From Octopus bimaculoides (lineage: Eukaryota): DNA of 49,873 nucleotides. The notes beneath the pieces were generated by a model. The model was not told where the DNA came from and searched no databases. It saw nothing but the letters and a program-made list of their open reading frames with translations. Shown piece after piece: positions 11,741-21,888 of the stretch. The position numbers and the translations under genes are program-made. The first letter of the stretch is position 1; each line of letters opens with the position of its first letter. The stretch is taken from NCBI RefSeq assembly GCF_001194135.2, contig NC_068989.1, positions 27,400,724 to 27,450,596 on the forward strand. The letters run 5' to 3'.

Positions 11741-12284
11741 AAAGTACGAAGGTCAAACGTAAAAATTCTAAAGTGCTCTCAGCAGAAAGTTAAATCGACT
11801 CCAAAATAAGGAAATTTGGGCATTTCAATCATTAACACCGACAGGTGGAAAAAATAGGGAAACCTATGCTAAAAAATATAGCGAAAACTGCACGTGGCGT
11901 GACAAGTGACAATCTACACTCTACAGGCGGAATGTAGAATAATGTCACATGTTGAGGAAAAATTGCAAGGCAAATGTTTTTGTCGTAAAGAAGGCAACCA
12001 ATCTGTTTGATGAGGACTGGTTGGAGTTATTTGACTTGTGGGCTCTCCCAATAAGCCACTACTGTAAAAACTTAAACGACTGCCGTACCAGTGAAAAGAA
12101 CTCAGCGGCTGAACAGAAAAAGATCTAATAAAAAACGTTTTGTGAAATGCAATTCACAAACTACCAGCGTCAACGCATGATATAAAAATTACTATTTACA
12201 TTAGAAGAATGAAAGAAATGTTGAAAAATAAACAAATTAAAAATACAACTTCGTATAATTTGTTCACCATCCGACGATGTCTTA

Positions 12285-13120
12285 ATGGACGCGCAAAAAT
12301 TGTTAATACCAACCGCACTATTGAAGCGAGTATCGCAGAAATTTCACAGTAGACACCCGCAAATGACGAGAATGAAAGCCTTAATGAGGAGCTATGTATA
12401 TTGGACGACAATGGTCTGGGACACTGAAAATTATGTAAAATCCTGTAGAGGTTGTGGGTTAGCAGTCAAAGTACCCTCGGCGAAATACCAATCGTGGCCT
12501 GTGACGGATAATCAGTGGTTCAGGTTACATATCGATTACGATGGACTGGTAAACGCCGCATTACTATCTAATCGCTGTTGATAGCATTACAACGTGACCA
12601 GAGGCATGCAGGTGCCATAAACCAACCGCAAAGACATCAATAAAGTTCTTGTATGAATTATTTGTCTGATACGGTGTTCCAGACACGTTGGTATCAAATA
12701 ATGGAGTACATTTTACGTGTCATGAATTCAAATATTACTGCAAAATACATGCGATAATGTATATTTTACCCCACCCTACCCCCCGAGATCAAACGGGCAG
12801 GCTGAAAGATTCGTTGATATTTCGAATGAGGAAATGACGTAGGTAGCGGTAACGAAATTCTTGGGATTATATAGAGTAAAGCCCAATCTGAATACCAGTT
12901 CAGGAAATTCTCCGGCAAAGTTAATGTTCACATGAATGATAAAATCGATCTTCGATAAATTATTGCCTTGAAAAATATATTTAAATGAAATACAGAAAAG
13001 GCAACAAGACTTTTTGAAATAGAAGATAAAGTTCATTTTGAAATTAATAAAATGGTAAAGAGGGCTGGGCGGATGTTTTTGTAACTAAAAGATTATGAAA
13101 CACGATGTATGTAATTAAAG
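12285..13120 (+). pseudogene. Gypsy integrase pseudogene (H2C2 plus rve core)
   Basis: HSRHPQMTRMKALMRSYVYW...CRGC...WFRLHIDY, YGVPDTLVSNNG, RSNGQAERFVD motifs. Confidence 0.9.
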
Positions 13121-13396
13121 GACAACGTTGGGAACACAAGAGACACCTAAACCAATTAAAGACGAGACGTACTGAAAAACGAAAGGAAATACCAATGGAA
13201 GTCTACGATGACATGCTTCAGATGCCAACAACGAAAGATATTGAGCCTCATAGAGGCAGCAGATGAAAATGGAAATAGACTGTACACTTAGAAATAATGC
13301 CAAAACGAATAAGATATTAAATTATCTATGAAAATAAAAGTGAGGGAGGGGTGCTGGAAATAAAATAAATTTCACTTCTTATGAAAGTCAAAATCT

Positions 13397-13455
13397 AAAA
13401 AGGGGAGACGCTTTGATGAGAGTCACGACGTCCCCTTGCAAGAAATAGACTGGAC
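13397..13455 (+). repeat. Polypurine tract (aaaaaggggaga) plus truncated 3' LTR (13409-13455)
   Basis: PPT directly precedes the LTR-start homology; the LTR is cut off by a SINE fragment. Confidence 0.85.
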
Positions 13456-13575
13456 TACTTATTCTTTCTATGTCAAGTACATATTCTATGAGTATCTATT
13501 GCCGAACCCCTAAGATAGAGGACATCAGCACACCAGCATTGGTTGTCAAGCGACGGTGGCGGGAGGCAAACATTG
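13456..13575 (-). mobile_element. SINE 3' fragment
   Basis: acttattcttt...gccgaacccctaag...cacaccagcattggttgtcaagcga is the reverse complement of the SINE body at 9300-9420 and 21130-21240. Confidence 0.8.
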
Positions 13576-13587
13576 ATACACACACAT

Positions 13588-14851
13588 ACAAATATATGCG
13601 GTTTTTTCATACATTTATTTTTCAAAATTAAGATAAACAAATTTCTAAAATATACTCTTATTCATTTTCTACAATGCTTTTATATCTATCTGGTAAACTT
13701 GCAAGACCCTTCTTCCAAAATTCAATTGACCGTTACAAAAAATACTCCTCCAGTAGTGTTCTGACCTCGTCTACAGAATTCATATTTTTTCCGTCCAAAT
13801 GATTTTGAAGAGAGCGGAATAAATGATAATCAGATGGAGCAGTGTTCAGCGAATATAGCGGGTGAGACATCGTTTCCCATTAAAACTGCAACAGGCTTTA
13901 TACTGATGGAAAAAAACCTTTCGAGCATTATACTGATGAAAAAAACTTTCGTCTTCAAACCAAATATTGGTCGTTTTTCTTGTAGCGCTGACTTAAACCG
14001 CTGAAGTTGTTCGTAGTAGGTCTCCTTTGTTATCGTTTGGTCTGAGTTTAAAAGTTCAAAGTTGACTATACCTTTCCTAACATACCAAACAGATAGCAAC
14101 ACCTTACGNNNNNNNNNNNNNNNNNNNNNNNNNNNNNNNNNNNNNNNNNNNNNNNNNNNNNNNNNNNNNNNNNNNNNNNNNNNNNNNNNNNNNNNNNNNN
14201 NNNNNNNNNNNNNNNNNNNNNNNNNNNNNNNNNNNNNNNNNNNNNNNNNNNNNNNNNNNNNNNNNNNNNNNNNNNNNNNNNNNNNNNNNNNNNNNNNNNN
14301 NNNNNNNNNNNNNNNNNNNNNNNNTGACCCAATTTGCTGAATTTTCCAATAACAAGCAGATGTCAATGAATGGCTGAATGACCAAATTCAAGCTTCCCTG
14401 CTAGTTTTTCAACAGTTACGATGGGACTTTGTTCCGCCTGAGTTTGCAGGACGCCCTCGTCGAGCTCTACACATCCTCCAGGATGAGACTCGTCTTCTAT
14501 ACTGTAGTTTCCGGCTCGAAATTTCTGGAACCACCGTTGACACTGGCTTACGTGTACGGTCCGATCCATATATATTGCATTGATATTCCTCGCACTTTCT
14601 GTTGCGTTGTTGCCTTTATTGAACTCATAAAGCAAAATATGCCGAATATGTTCTTTTGTCACTTCCACTATAGCTTTGAAAAAATAATTGTTAAAGTGGG
14701 ATAGCACTCTTCAAAACTTGCACTAAGAATAAGTACAAGGTAAAACTACTTGCTTTTATAGCAAGTTTATGCAGGTAGCTTATCCCGTCCCTTACGACTT
14801 TTAGTTCATTCAACTGAAATAAAAACGCATTATTTATTGGATGACACAATA
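13588..14851 (-). mobile_element. Mariner DNA transposon, near full length, defective transposase
   Basis: HTH EVTKEHIRHILLYEFNKG...WFQKFRAGNYSIEDE; core RKVLLSVW..KGIVNFELL; PYSPNIAPSDYHLFRSLQNHL. TIR tattgtgtcatccaataaataatgcg at the 14851 end, partial TIR (aaata.atgcggtttt) at ~13588. Confidence 0.92.
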
Positions 14852-15025
14852 CATATATATACGACAGGCTTCTTTCAGTTTCCCTCTACCAAATCCATTC
14901 ATAAGGCTTTGGTCGACCCAAGTCTATAATAGAAGACACTTGCCCGAGTTGCTACGCAGTGGGACGGAATCCAGAACCATGTAGTTCCGAAGCAAGCTTC
15001 TTACAACACAGCCATTTTACGCGCC
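14852..15025 (-). mobile_element. tRNA-derived SINE head
   Basis: Reverse complement of ggcgc...tggctgtgttgtaagaagcttgc...ggttctggattccgtcccactgcg. Confidence 0.85.
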
Positions 15026-15279
15026 TAATTACAAAAACAACATTGCTGCAGATGAATAGGGTATCTAATCAGTCGAGCCGATAGGGGTGTCGTGTATAGT
15101 TTGCTGTAGTGTGTCTTCTACGTTTTGTGTTATGATTTCAAATCCCACTCTCATAAACTCTGCTTTTGAACATTGTGTTTGATAAACTAAATTAGCATCC
15201 AAGTGGTCGGTTTGATATAATCGACTGAAAAATTCCTCTCTCCAAAATATCTGACCAATTATCATTTCAGACATTATTA

Positions 15280-15430
15280 GTAAATCAAAAGGGAGGCAAG
15301 CTGACAGAAAAAAAATATTTCGCCTTATTTCTTCTGGTTATGTGTTGAGTTGAAATCGCACCGAGATTCATTTTCGTCTCACTGGATTCGATAAAATAAA
15401 CTAGCAGATAAAATAAACAACCACTGGGAT
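15280..15430 (+). mobile_element. Highly degenerate SINE (family of 43882)
   Basis: ggcaagctgacagaaa..atttcg..tgagttgaaatc..gataaaataa. Confidence 0.5.
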
Positions 15431-15995
15431 TGATGGTTTAATCTAAAACCCGCTGATCAAAGTTGCTGTTCTTTCTCCTGTATCAGAAACCATTATTTCA
15501 TCCGTAGAGCTCTATAGTGCAATCAGTTTCCTACTGGGGTTCACCTTGATTTTCTTCCCTTCAATTTTATAAACTTCCAATAATGTCCATGATTCAAATA
15601 ATACTGTGTATCTTACACATACGTGGCCAAGTATCAATTTACCAAGTTAGTATCGATTAAATCATAATATTTGATTTAGCATTAGATTATATATAAAAGA
15701 CAAATAAGACGACACTCATGAATATTTATTATAGAATTTGAGTCGAAATCAAAAAGTAGTTGAAGATTACCTTGAAATCGAGCTGCGAAATTCCATTTAC
15801 GATGGATCACTTTCTGTCCTAGTATGCTAACGTCTGTATATCAGTGATAATAACTCTAGCAGAATTAGTTCTGTAGAGAAGGGAGTATTGCAGACTACGT
15901 TGTCCATTATATAATTGGTTGTTGTAAATTCTGGTATTGTTAATGAGAGTATTCCAGTCATGACTATACCGTACGTTTTCATATCTTCAACTACA

Positions 15996-16187
15996 GGCGC
16001 AGGAGTGGCTGTGTGCTTACCAACCACATGGCTCCAGGTTCAGTCCCACTGTGTGGCACCTTGGGCAAGTGTCTTCTACTATAGCCTCGGGCTGACCAAA
16101 GCCTTGTGAGTCGATTTTGTAGACGGAAACTGAAAGAAACGCGTCGTATATATGTATGTTTATGTGTGTGTGTGTGCTTGCCCCCCC
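15996..16187 (+). mobile_element. tRNA-derived SINE (short deletion in head)
   Basis: ggcgcaggagtggctgtgtg..ccacatggctccaggttcagtcccactg (B-box-like ggttcagtccc); runs into the gap. Confidence 0.9.
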
Positions 16188-16834
16188 NNNNNNNNNNNNN
16201 NNNNNNNNNNNNNNNNNNNNNNNNNNNNNNNNNNNNNNNNNNNNNNNNNNNNNNNNNNNNNNNNNNNNNNNNNNNNNNNNNNNNNNNNNNNNNNNNNNNN
16301 NNNNNNNNNNNNNNNNNNNNNNNNNNNNNNNNNNNNNNNNNNNNNNNNNNNNNNNNNNNNNNNNNNNNNNNNNNNNNNNNNNNNNNNNNNNNNNNNNNNN
16401 NNNNNNNNNNNNNNNNNNNNNNNNNNNNNNNNNNNNNNNNNNNNNNNNNNNNNNNNNNNNNNNNNNNNNNNNNNNNNNNNNNNNNNNNNNNNNNNNNNNN
16501 NNNNNNNNNNNNNNNNNNNNNNNNNNNNNNNNNNNNNNNNNNNNNNNNNNNNNNNNNNNNNNNNNNNNNNNNNNNNNNNNNNNNNNNNNNNNNNNNNNNN
16601 NNNNNNNNNNNNNNNNNNNNNNNNNNNNNNNNNNNNNNNNNNNNNNNNNNNNNNNNNNNNNNNNNNNNNNNNNNNNNNNNNNNNNNNNNNNNNNNTGAGT
16701 ATATGCGTATATACGTACATGTATGTACGTACATGTATGTACGTACCTACATCTACATGTATATATAGATGCATATCTGGGTACAGGACGGACCAAAAAA
16801 ATATGGACAAAATGATAAAGGGAGTACAGAAAAC

Positions 16835-17715
16835 ACACAGGCCACATAGAGAACATTTCCTTCATCAGCTGCCACCATCTAAAAGTAAGCGTTTCGAAGA
16901 GTTAGGGCAGGACGCATTGTTAGAATGGCTCTTCCCACGGACCAAATATTAAAGTTAATTTAAATTTGTAACTTGGAGGAATGTAGTGGCGGACAGCGAG
17001 CGAGAGAGAGAGAGAGAGAGGTAAATGGCTTAGTGTTTAAGGTGTTGCACGTACGATTGCGAGGTCGTGGATTCGATTCCCGGACAGGGCGTTGCGTTGT
17101 GTTCTTGAGCAAAGTACTTCATTTCACGTTACTCTGCAATCCTTTCTACATCTGTCAGGTGGTACCTGTTGCACCTATACAATTAATGTCGATCTGATGG
17201 AGGGAGTGAGCTTATATCTACACGAACAGTAGGTCACTATAAATGATTAATCTTTGAGTTTGTTCAGTTAGAAATTGTCGAATCCTTATACGTCGTGTAA
17301 CGGCCGGAGAGTCCATTATATATATNNNNNNNNNNNNNNNNNNNNNNNNNNNNNNNNNNNNNNNNNNNNNNNNNNNNNNNNNNNNNNNNNNNNNNNNNNN
17401 NNNNNNNNNNNNNNNNNNNNNNNNNNNNNNNNNNNNNNNNNNNNNNNNNNNNNNNNNNNNNNNNNNNNNNNNNNNNNNNNNNNNNNNNNNNNNNNNNNNN
17501 NNNNNNNNNNNNNNNNNNNNNNNNNNNNNNNNNNNNNNNNNNNNNNNNNNNNNNNNNNNNNNNNNNNNNNNNNNNNNNNNNNNNNCCATATTGAGAACAT
17601 TTCCTTCATCAGCAGCCACCATTATAACACTGGTGAAGATTTAGGGCAGGGCGCATCGTTAAAATGGCTCTTCCAACACAAATTAAATTTGTTCCATGGA
17701 GGATAGTGGCGGACG
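16835..17715. repeat. Two direct copies of a ~140-bp repeat (16835-16995 and 17586-17715)
   Basis: gagaacatttccttcatcagc.gccacca...ttagggcagg.cgcat.gtta.aatggctcttcc...tagtggcggac shared. Confidence 0.85.
17026..17200 (+). mobile_element. tRNA-derived SINE (second family)
   Basis: A-box tggcttagtg, B-box-like gattcgattcc, then gcgttgtgttcttgagcaaa.cttcatttcacgtt. Confidence 0.8.
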
Positions 17716-18289
17716 GAAAATAAGACAGGAAAACGAATCAGTGAAATAAACAAACAAAAAAGGCTATACGGCCAGACGTGAAAAAGTATGTGTATATTGA
17801 ACGCTGTGAAACACGAACTGGAAGGAAACGGGATGAAGAAGAATGTTCGTGTGTGCTTGGCGTGACCAAGAATGAAAAGAATTAATAGCTGGACACATGT
17901 GACCAGCGAGGGGTAAGGAGAAAGAGTGGTAGAGGGAGAAAAAGGGGAGGAAGTACAATATAAGTGAGCAACCAGAGAGAGAGAGAGAGAGGGAGAGAGA
18001 TAGTAGTGACGGGGAGATACGAAGAACAGTAGAAGGAAGAATTAGAAAGGGAGAAAGATACAAAGATAGAAAGAGTCGCGTCAGAAAAATAAAGTTCAAA
18101 ACTTACTTGCAAGAGTAACGCGTGCGTTCGATCGTATGATACAAATAAAATATGAGTATATGCATATATATGTACATGTATGTACATACCTTCATCTAAT
18201 ATATATATTAATGTATACATACATAATTCCATAATCACATTCACATGCAAACTGTACGTAGGTGAATATGTCAGAGAATCAATGCGACG

Positions 18290-18430
18290 AGCTACTGTAT
18301 GGTTTCCGTTTTCCTAATAAACTCACTGGACATTGGTCGATCTGGGCTACAGTAGAAAACACTAGGCTTTGGTTCGGAGTAGTGGGACTAACTTGCTTGT
18401 GAAGTGAATTGTTTAGCAGCAACGCTATGT
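18290..18430 (-). mobile_element. Degenerate SINE head
   Basis: tttccgt..ctcac...ttggtcg...gctacagtagaaaacact...agtgggact resembles 14870-14970. Confidence 0.55.
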
Positions 18431-18659
18431 CTGTTGGCAATGTATAATAGAGCAAGCATTCACATAGTACAATTGCCGCATACACTTTTCTGCCTTAGTA
18501 TCTTTTGGTATGCACGAAAGCAAAGATAAAAATTATATTCATTCTAATAACAATCGCAATGCTACACACGTTCAAGTGAGATAGGTGTTAACAATAGAAG
18601 TCTTTTGAATAGATTTGAGTGTGTATGAAATAAGCCGATACGACGCTTACCCGATAGTC

Positions 18660-18960
18660 AAACAAAATTTTCAATTTAAGATGAGAAAAGCCGTTGAATA
18701 TGAGATTCACGTAAACAAAAGAAGGCCATTTTATTTTCTTGGACCGTGTGTCACTACGGTAAAAATCTGACCAGTGTTTAACAGTTATGCATTTTCAAAT
18801 GATTCAACCAAAATTTCAAATTATGTTGATAAAAGGTTCAATATGAGAGGCACGTAAAGAAGAAAAAAGACAGGCTTTGAAGCGTGTATCCTTATACGCA
18901 GAGAATATCCGGCATTGAAACAGTATGCATTTTAAATATTTCAACTAAAATTTCGATTTT
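18660..18960. repeat. Degenerate ~140-bp tandem repeat, ~2.5 units
   Basis: aaaattt..aatt, aatatgaga..cacgtaaa and aacag.tatgcatttt.aaat recur at ~140-bp spacing. Confidence 0.65.
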
Positions 18961-19179
18961 ATCGCCAACGAGAACTTAGATTTGAATGGCTGTTTCTGAT
19001 AGAATTACTTTTGAAATATATTTTCGTTTTCTTCCAGGCGACGGAGTTCGCAGCAATTGTTCCTATTATATTAAGATTTGGCATGATTAAGTATCTTCCT
19101 AATTATCATCATTGCTGATACAGTTTAGTTTTAAGAACTACTACGATTAATTTGTTTCCAAAAACCTCGTCGTTTTTCT

Positions 19180-19515
19180 GAAAATCATTATTTATTTAAC
19201 TTGATGATAATTCAACGATCTCTAATCCTTTTTCGATGTTTTTCAAGCACAGCATTGTCCTACCCAATGTCAACTACTTTGGTGTTACTTAGTAGGCATT
19301 TAACAAGGTGTTGAGTTGGGCAGCTATTCGTGCATGACATTCACCAAATCGTGGATGTCATGCCTTTGACTCCCTCTGGTCCCGGGGCCTTCCAGTTGCT
19401 AATTTTTTTGCTGATTTTCTTCACTTCCCTAACTGAAATGACTGTTTTGGACAGTTCTGCCTGTTTGGACAGACTACAGTCTGTTTCAGTTCTTGCAACC
19501 ATTCAGCATTCTTCT
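19180..19515 (-). mobile_element. R4/Dong-like non-LTR fragment (pre-RT region)
   Basis: Minus strand encodes a NWKAPGPEGV-type motif typical of the RT domain-0 region; abuts the microsatellite. Confidence 0.7.
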
Positions 19516-19516
19516 A

Positions 19517-19635
<119 letters not shown>

Positions 19636-19639
19636 TACT

Positions 19640-20625
19640 TTTAATGTGCATGTTTGCTAAAATTTCAGATTTCAGGACTACTCGAACTCTCTTGTAACAT
19701 ACCTTTCTGATTTCTTTCATGCTTGCATGCTGAATGCGAGAGCCCTCATCTATTTCGAGATTATTTTTATGTTTCTTCCTGCTCAAGATCCTTTGTGTCA
19801 ACATATAACAGAGTTAACATACAACACCACTGAACGTGAGATCTTCAATTTCCCTTTCTGGAAAGTGGCCTTGGCACATTTATCAAGACCAAATTCCATC
19901 TCGATGTCATCACTGAATTCTTTGATAGTTCATAACAGGCCTTCAAGGTCATTATTTTCTTTGCCATAGCGTTTTAAGCCATGCCCATAAAATAGATGGC
20001 TTGTTATCATGTTGTCAATTTTATACCCATAATTTGTTCTGTTAATTTCGCTTGTAAGGCATTCTAGGGCTAAGCAAAAAATTAGAGGTGAAAGTGAGTC
20101 ACCTTGGAAAATTTCAGTTTACATTAATATTGTCTAAAGGCAGTATTCCATTAGAGTGGTCTAATTGGAGAGAGCTTCAGGAAGTTTGAAAATACTGGTG
20201 AAATTTTGAAGATATTCAGCTATTTCAAGATCCATAAATGCGGTATGCCGTCAAATGCCATTTTATAATGAATCCATTCGGAAATGAAATTTCTGTGTTT
20301 GTTATGACAGTTCTCAATGATTATGCAATTGATTTATTGAATAGTGCGAACTGACTTTTCGTGTGCGTACGGAAGGTATGCGAGCCAGAAAATTGGCACC
20401 TTTAATTTACCAGGTGATTTTCACTTATGAGCCTTCGTAAATGTCATCATTACGACTGCTATTGTGATGTCTTCCTATACTTCTTTTTGTAAAATCTGGT
20501 AGGATTCTTCTGTGCGTCTAATCCAGTCTGCATTTTCATTGTATTGTCTTTTTGCCACTCCAAATATGTTTCCAAAAGTTTTCAAATACATTCATGGGAG
20601 GGGTATCTTAAACATTATTTCCTCC
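19640..20625 (-). mobile_element. Second RLE-type non-LTR retrotransposon fragment (RT domain, decayed)
   Basis: QGDSLSPLIFCLAL...GYKIDNMITSHLFY; ENCHNKHRNF.S.WI...AFDGIPH-like motifs. Confidence 0.8.
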
Positions 20626-20669
20626 TTCTCTATTTCTCTGTAAAATATTTTCGCATTGGATGTGAACAG

Positions 20670-20715
<46 letters not shown>

Positions 20716-20808
20716 CACACACAAATATATATGTATATATATNNNNNNNNNNNNNNNNNNNNNNNNNNNNNNNNNNNNNNTATGCATATATATGTATGTA
20801 TATATATA

Positions 20809-20859
<51 letters not shown>

Positions 20860-20922
20860 TTACATATATATATATATGTGTGTGTGTATGTATGTATATA
20901 TATATATATATATATATATTTA

Positions 20923-21284
20923 GGTGCAGGAGTGACTATGTAGTAAGGAGATTGATGCCCAACCACATGGTTCTGGGTTCAGTCCCACTGCTTAGTGTCT
21001 TGGGCGACTACCTTCTATTATAGCCTCGTGTCGACCAACGCCTTGTGAGTTGATTTTGTAGACAGAGACTGAAAGAAGCCCGTCGTATATATACATATAT
21101 GTATGTAGTTGTGTGTCTGGATTTGTTTTCTCACCATCATTTGACAACCGATGTTAGTGTGTTTACGACCTGTAACTTAGCAGTTCAACAAAAGGGATGT
21201 GTAGAATATGTACTAGAATATGTACAAAGAATAATCCTGGAGTCGATTTGTTCGACTGAAGGCGGTACTCCAGCATGGCCACAG
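20923..21284 (+). mobile_element. Full-length SINE (tRNA head, TG-rich linker, 3' body)
   Basis: ggtgcaggagtgact...ggttcagtcccactg...gacaaccgatgttagtgtgtttacg...ccagcatggccacag. Confidence 0.9.
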
Positions 21285-21286
21285 TG

Positions 21287-21360
21287 TTGTGTTGCTGGCA
21301 CTCCGTCGCTTACGACGTCGAGGGTTCCAGTTGATCAGATCAACGGAACAGCCTGCTCGT
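21287..21360 (+). mobile_element. Truncated piece of another common octopus interspersed repeat
   Basis: gtgttgctggcactccgtcg.ttacgacg.cgagggttccagttgatc.gatcaacggaacagcctgctcgt, recognised from memory. Confidence 0.6.
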
Positions 21361-21631
21361 TGATGGAATGACATCATCAGTTTTTAAGTTTTATAACAAG
21401 CAGAAAGAAAGAAAAAAATAGAAAAAGGAAGACGACAGAAAAAAGAAAAAGAGAGAAAGAAGAATATTCAATCAAACAGTTTTGTATAAATTTGATGATA
21501 TTCTCCTGTCATCTTATTCATTCCTCCAGGGCGTGATATCAATAACTCGCAAACATATTTCTCCTCATACATTCTGGTGCACTTTCTGCTTGTTATAAAA
21601 CTTAAAAACCGATGATGTCATTCCATCAACG
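21358..21631. repeat. 50-bp inverted repeat, 1 mismatch (21358-21407 / 21582-21631)
   Basis: cgttgatggaatgacatcatcagtttttaagttttataacaagcagaaag and its reverse complement. Confidence 0.95.
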
Positions 21632-21701
21632 TATGGACGCTGATTACTCTCGTTCATAGTTTGCGTTTAGTTTTCTGAAATTTTAAATATTTAATCACCT
21701 T

Positions 21702-21744
21702 TTGAACTTGACAAAGACAGACGTACTGTCGAAATATTGTTCAA
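21702..21744 (+). ncRNA. Minimal type-I hammerhead-like motif, U3-A8 core
   Basis: Stem I ttgaac/gttcaa (6 bp); TTGACAA+A; stem II gacag-acgta-ctgtc; GAAA-TA-TT; AATAAA follows. Confidence 0.7.
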
Positions 21745-21828
21745 CGAATAAAACATTTATACAATCGAATCGCGCTCTTCGTCTTGGCTATTTGCCTTCG
21801 TAAAGAGTTACGTCAATCTTTTTTAAAA

Positions 21829-21888
<60 letters not shown>
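21829..21888. repeat. (ATT)n array at the 3' end of the R4/Dong element
   Basis: Direct reading. Confidence 0.97.

Larger units (their letters stand above)
10458..13455 (+). mobile_element. Ty3/Gypsy (Mag-like) LTR retrotransposon, decayed, RT/RNaseH missing
   Basis: 5' LTR TGT...AACA, PBS, gag, protease remnants, integrase, PPT, truncated 3' LTR. Confidence 0.9.

Noticed and set aside
15996-16060. tRNA-like A/B boxes here and at 17026, 20923 and 43882
   Set aside because: SINE heads, not cloverleaf tRNA genes
19038-19090. Strong acceptor followed by ATEFAAIVPIILRFGMI
   Set aside because: Weak donor, phase incompatible with the 27728 exon, no homology recognised
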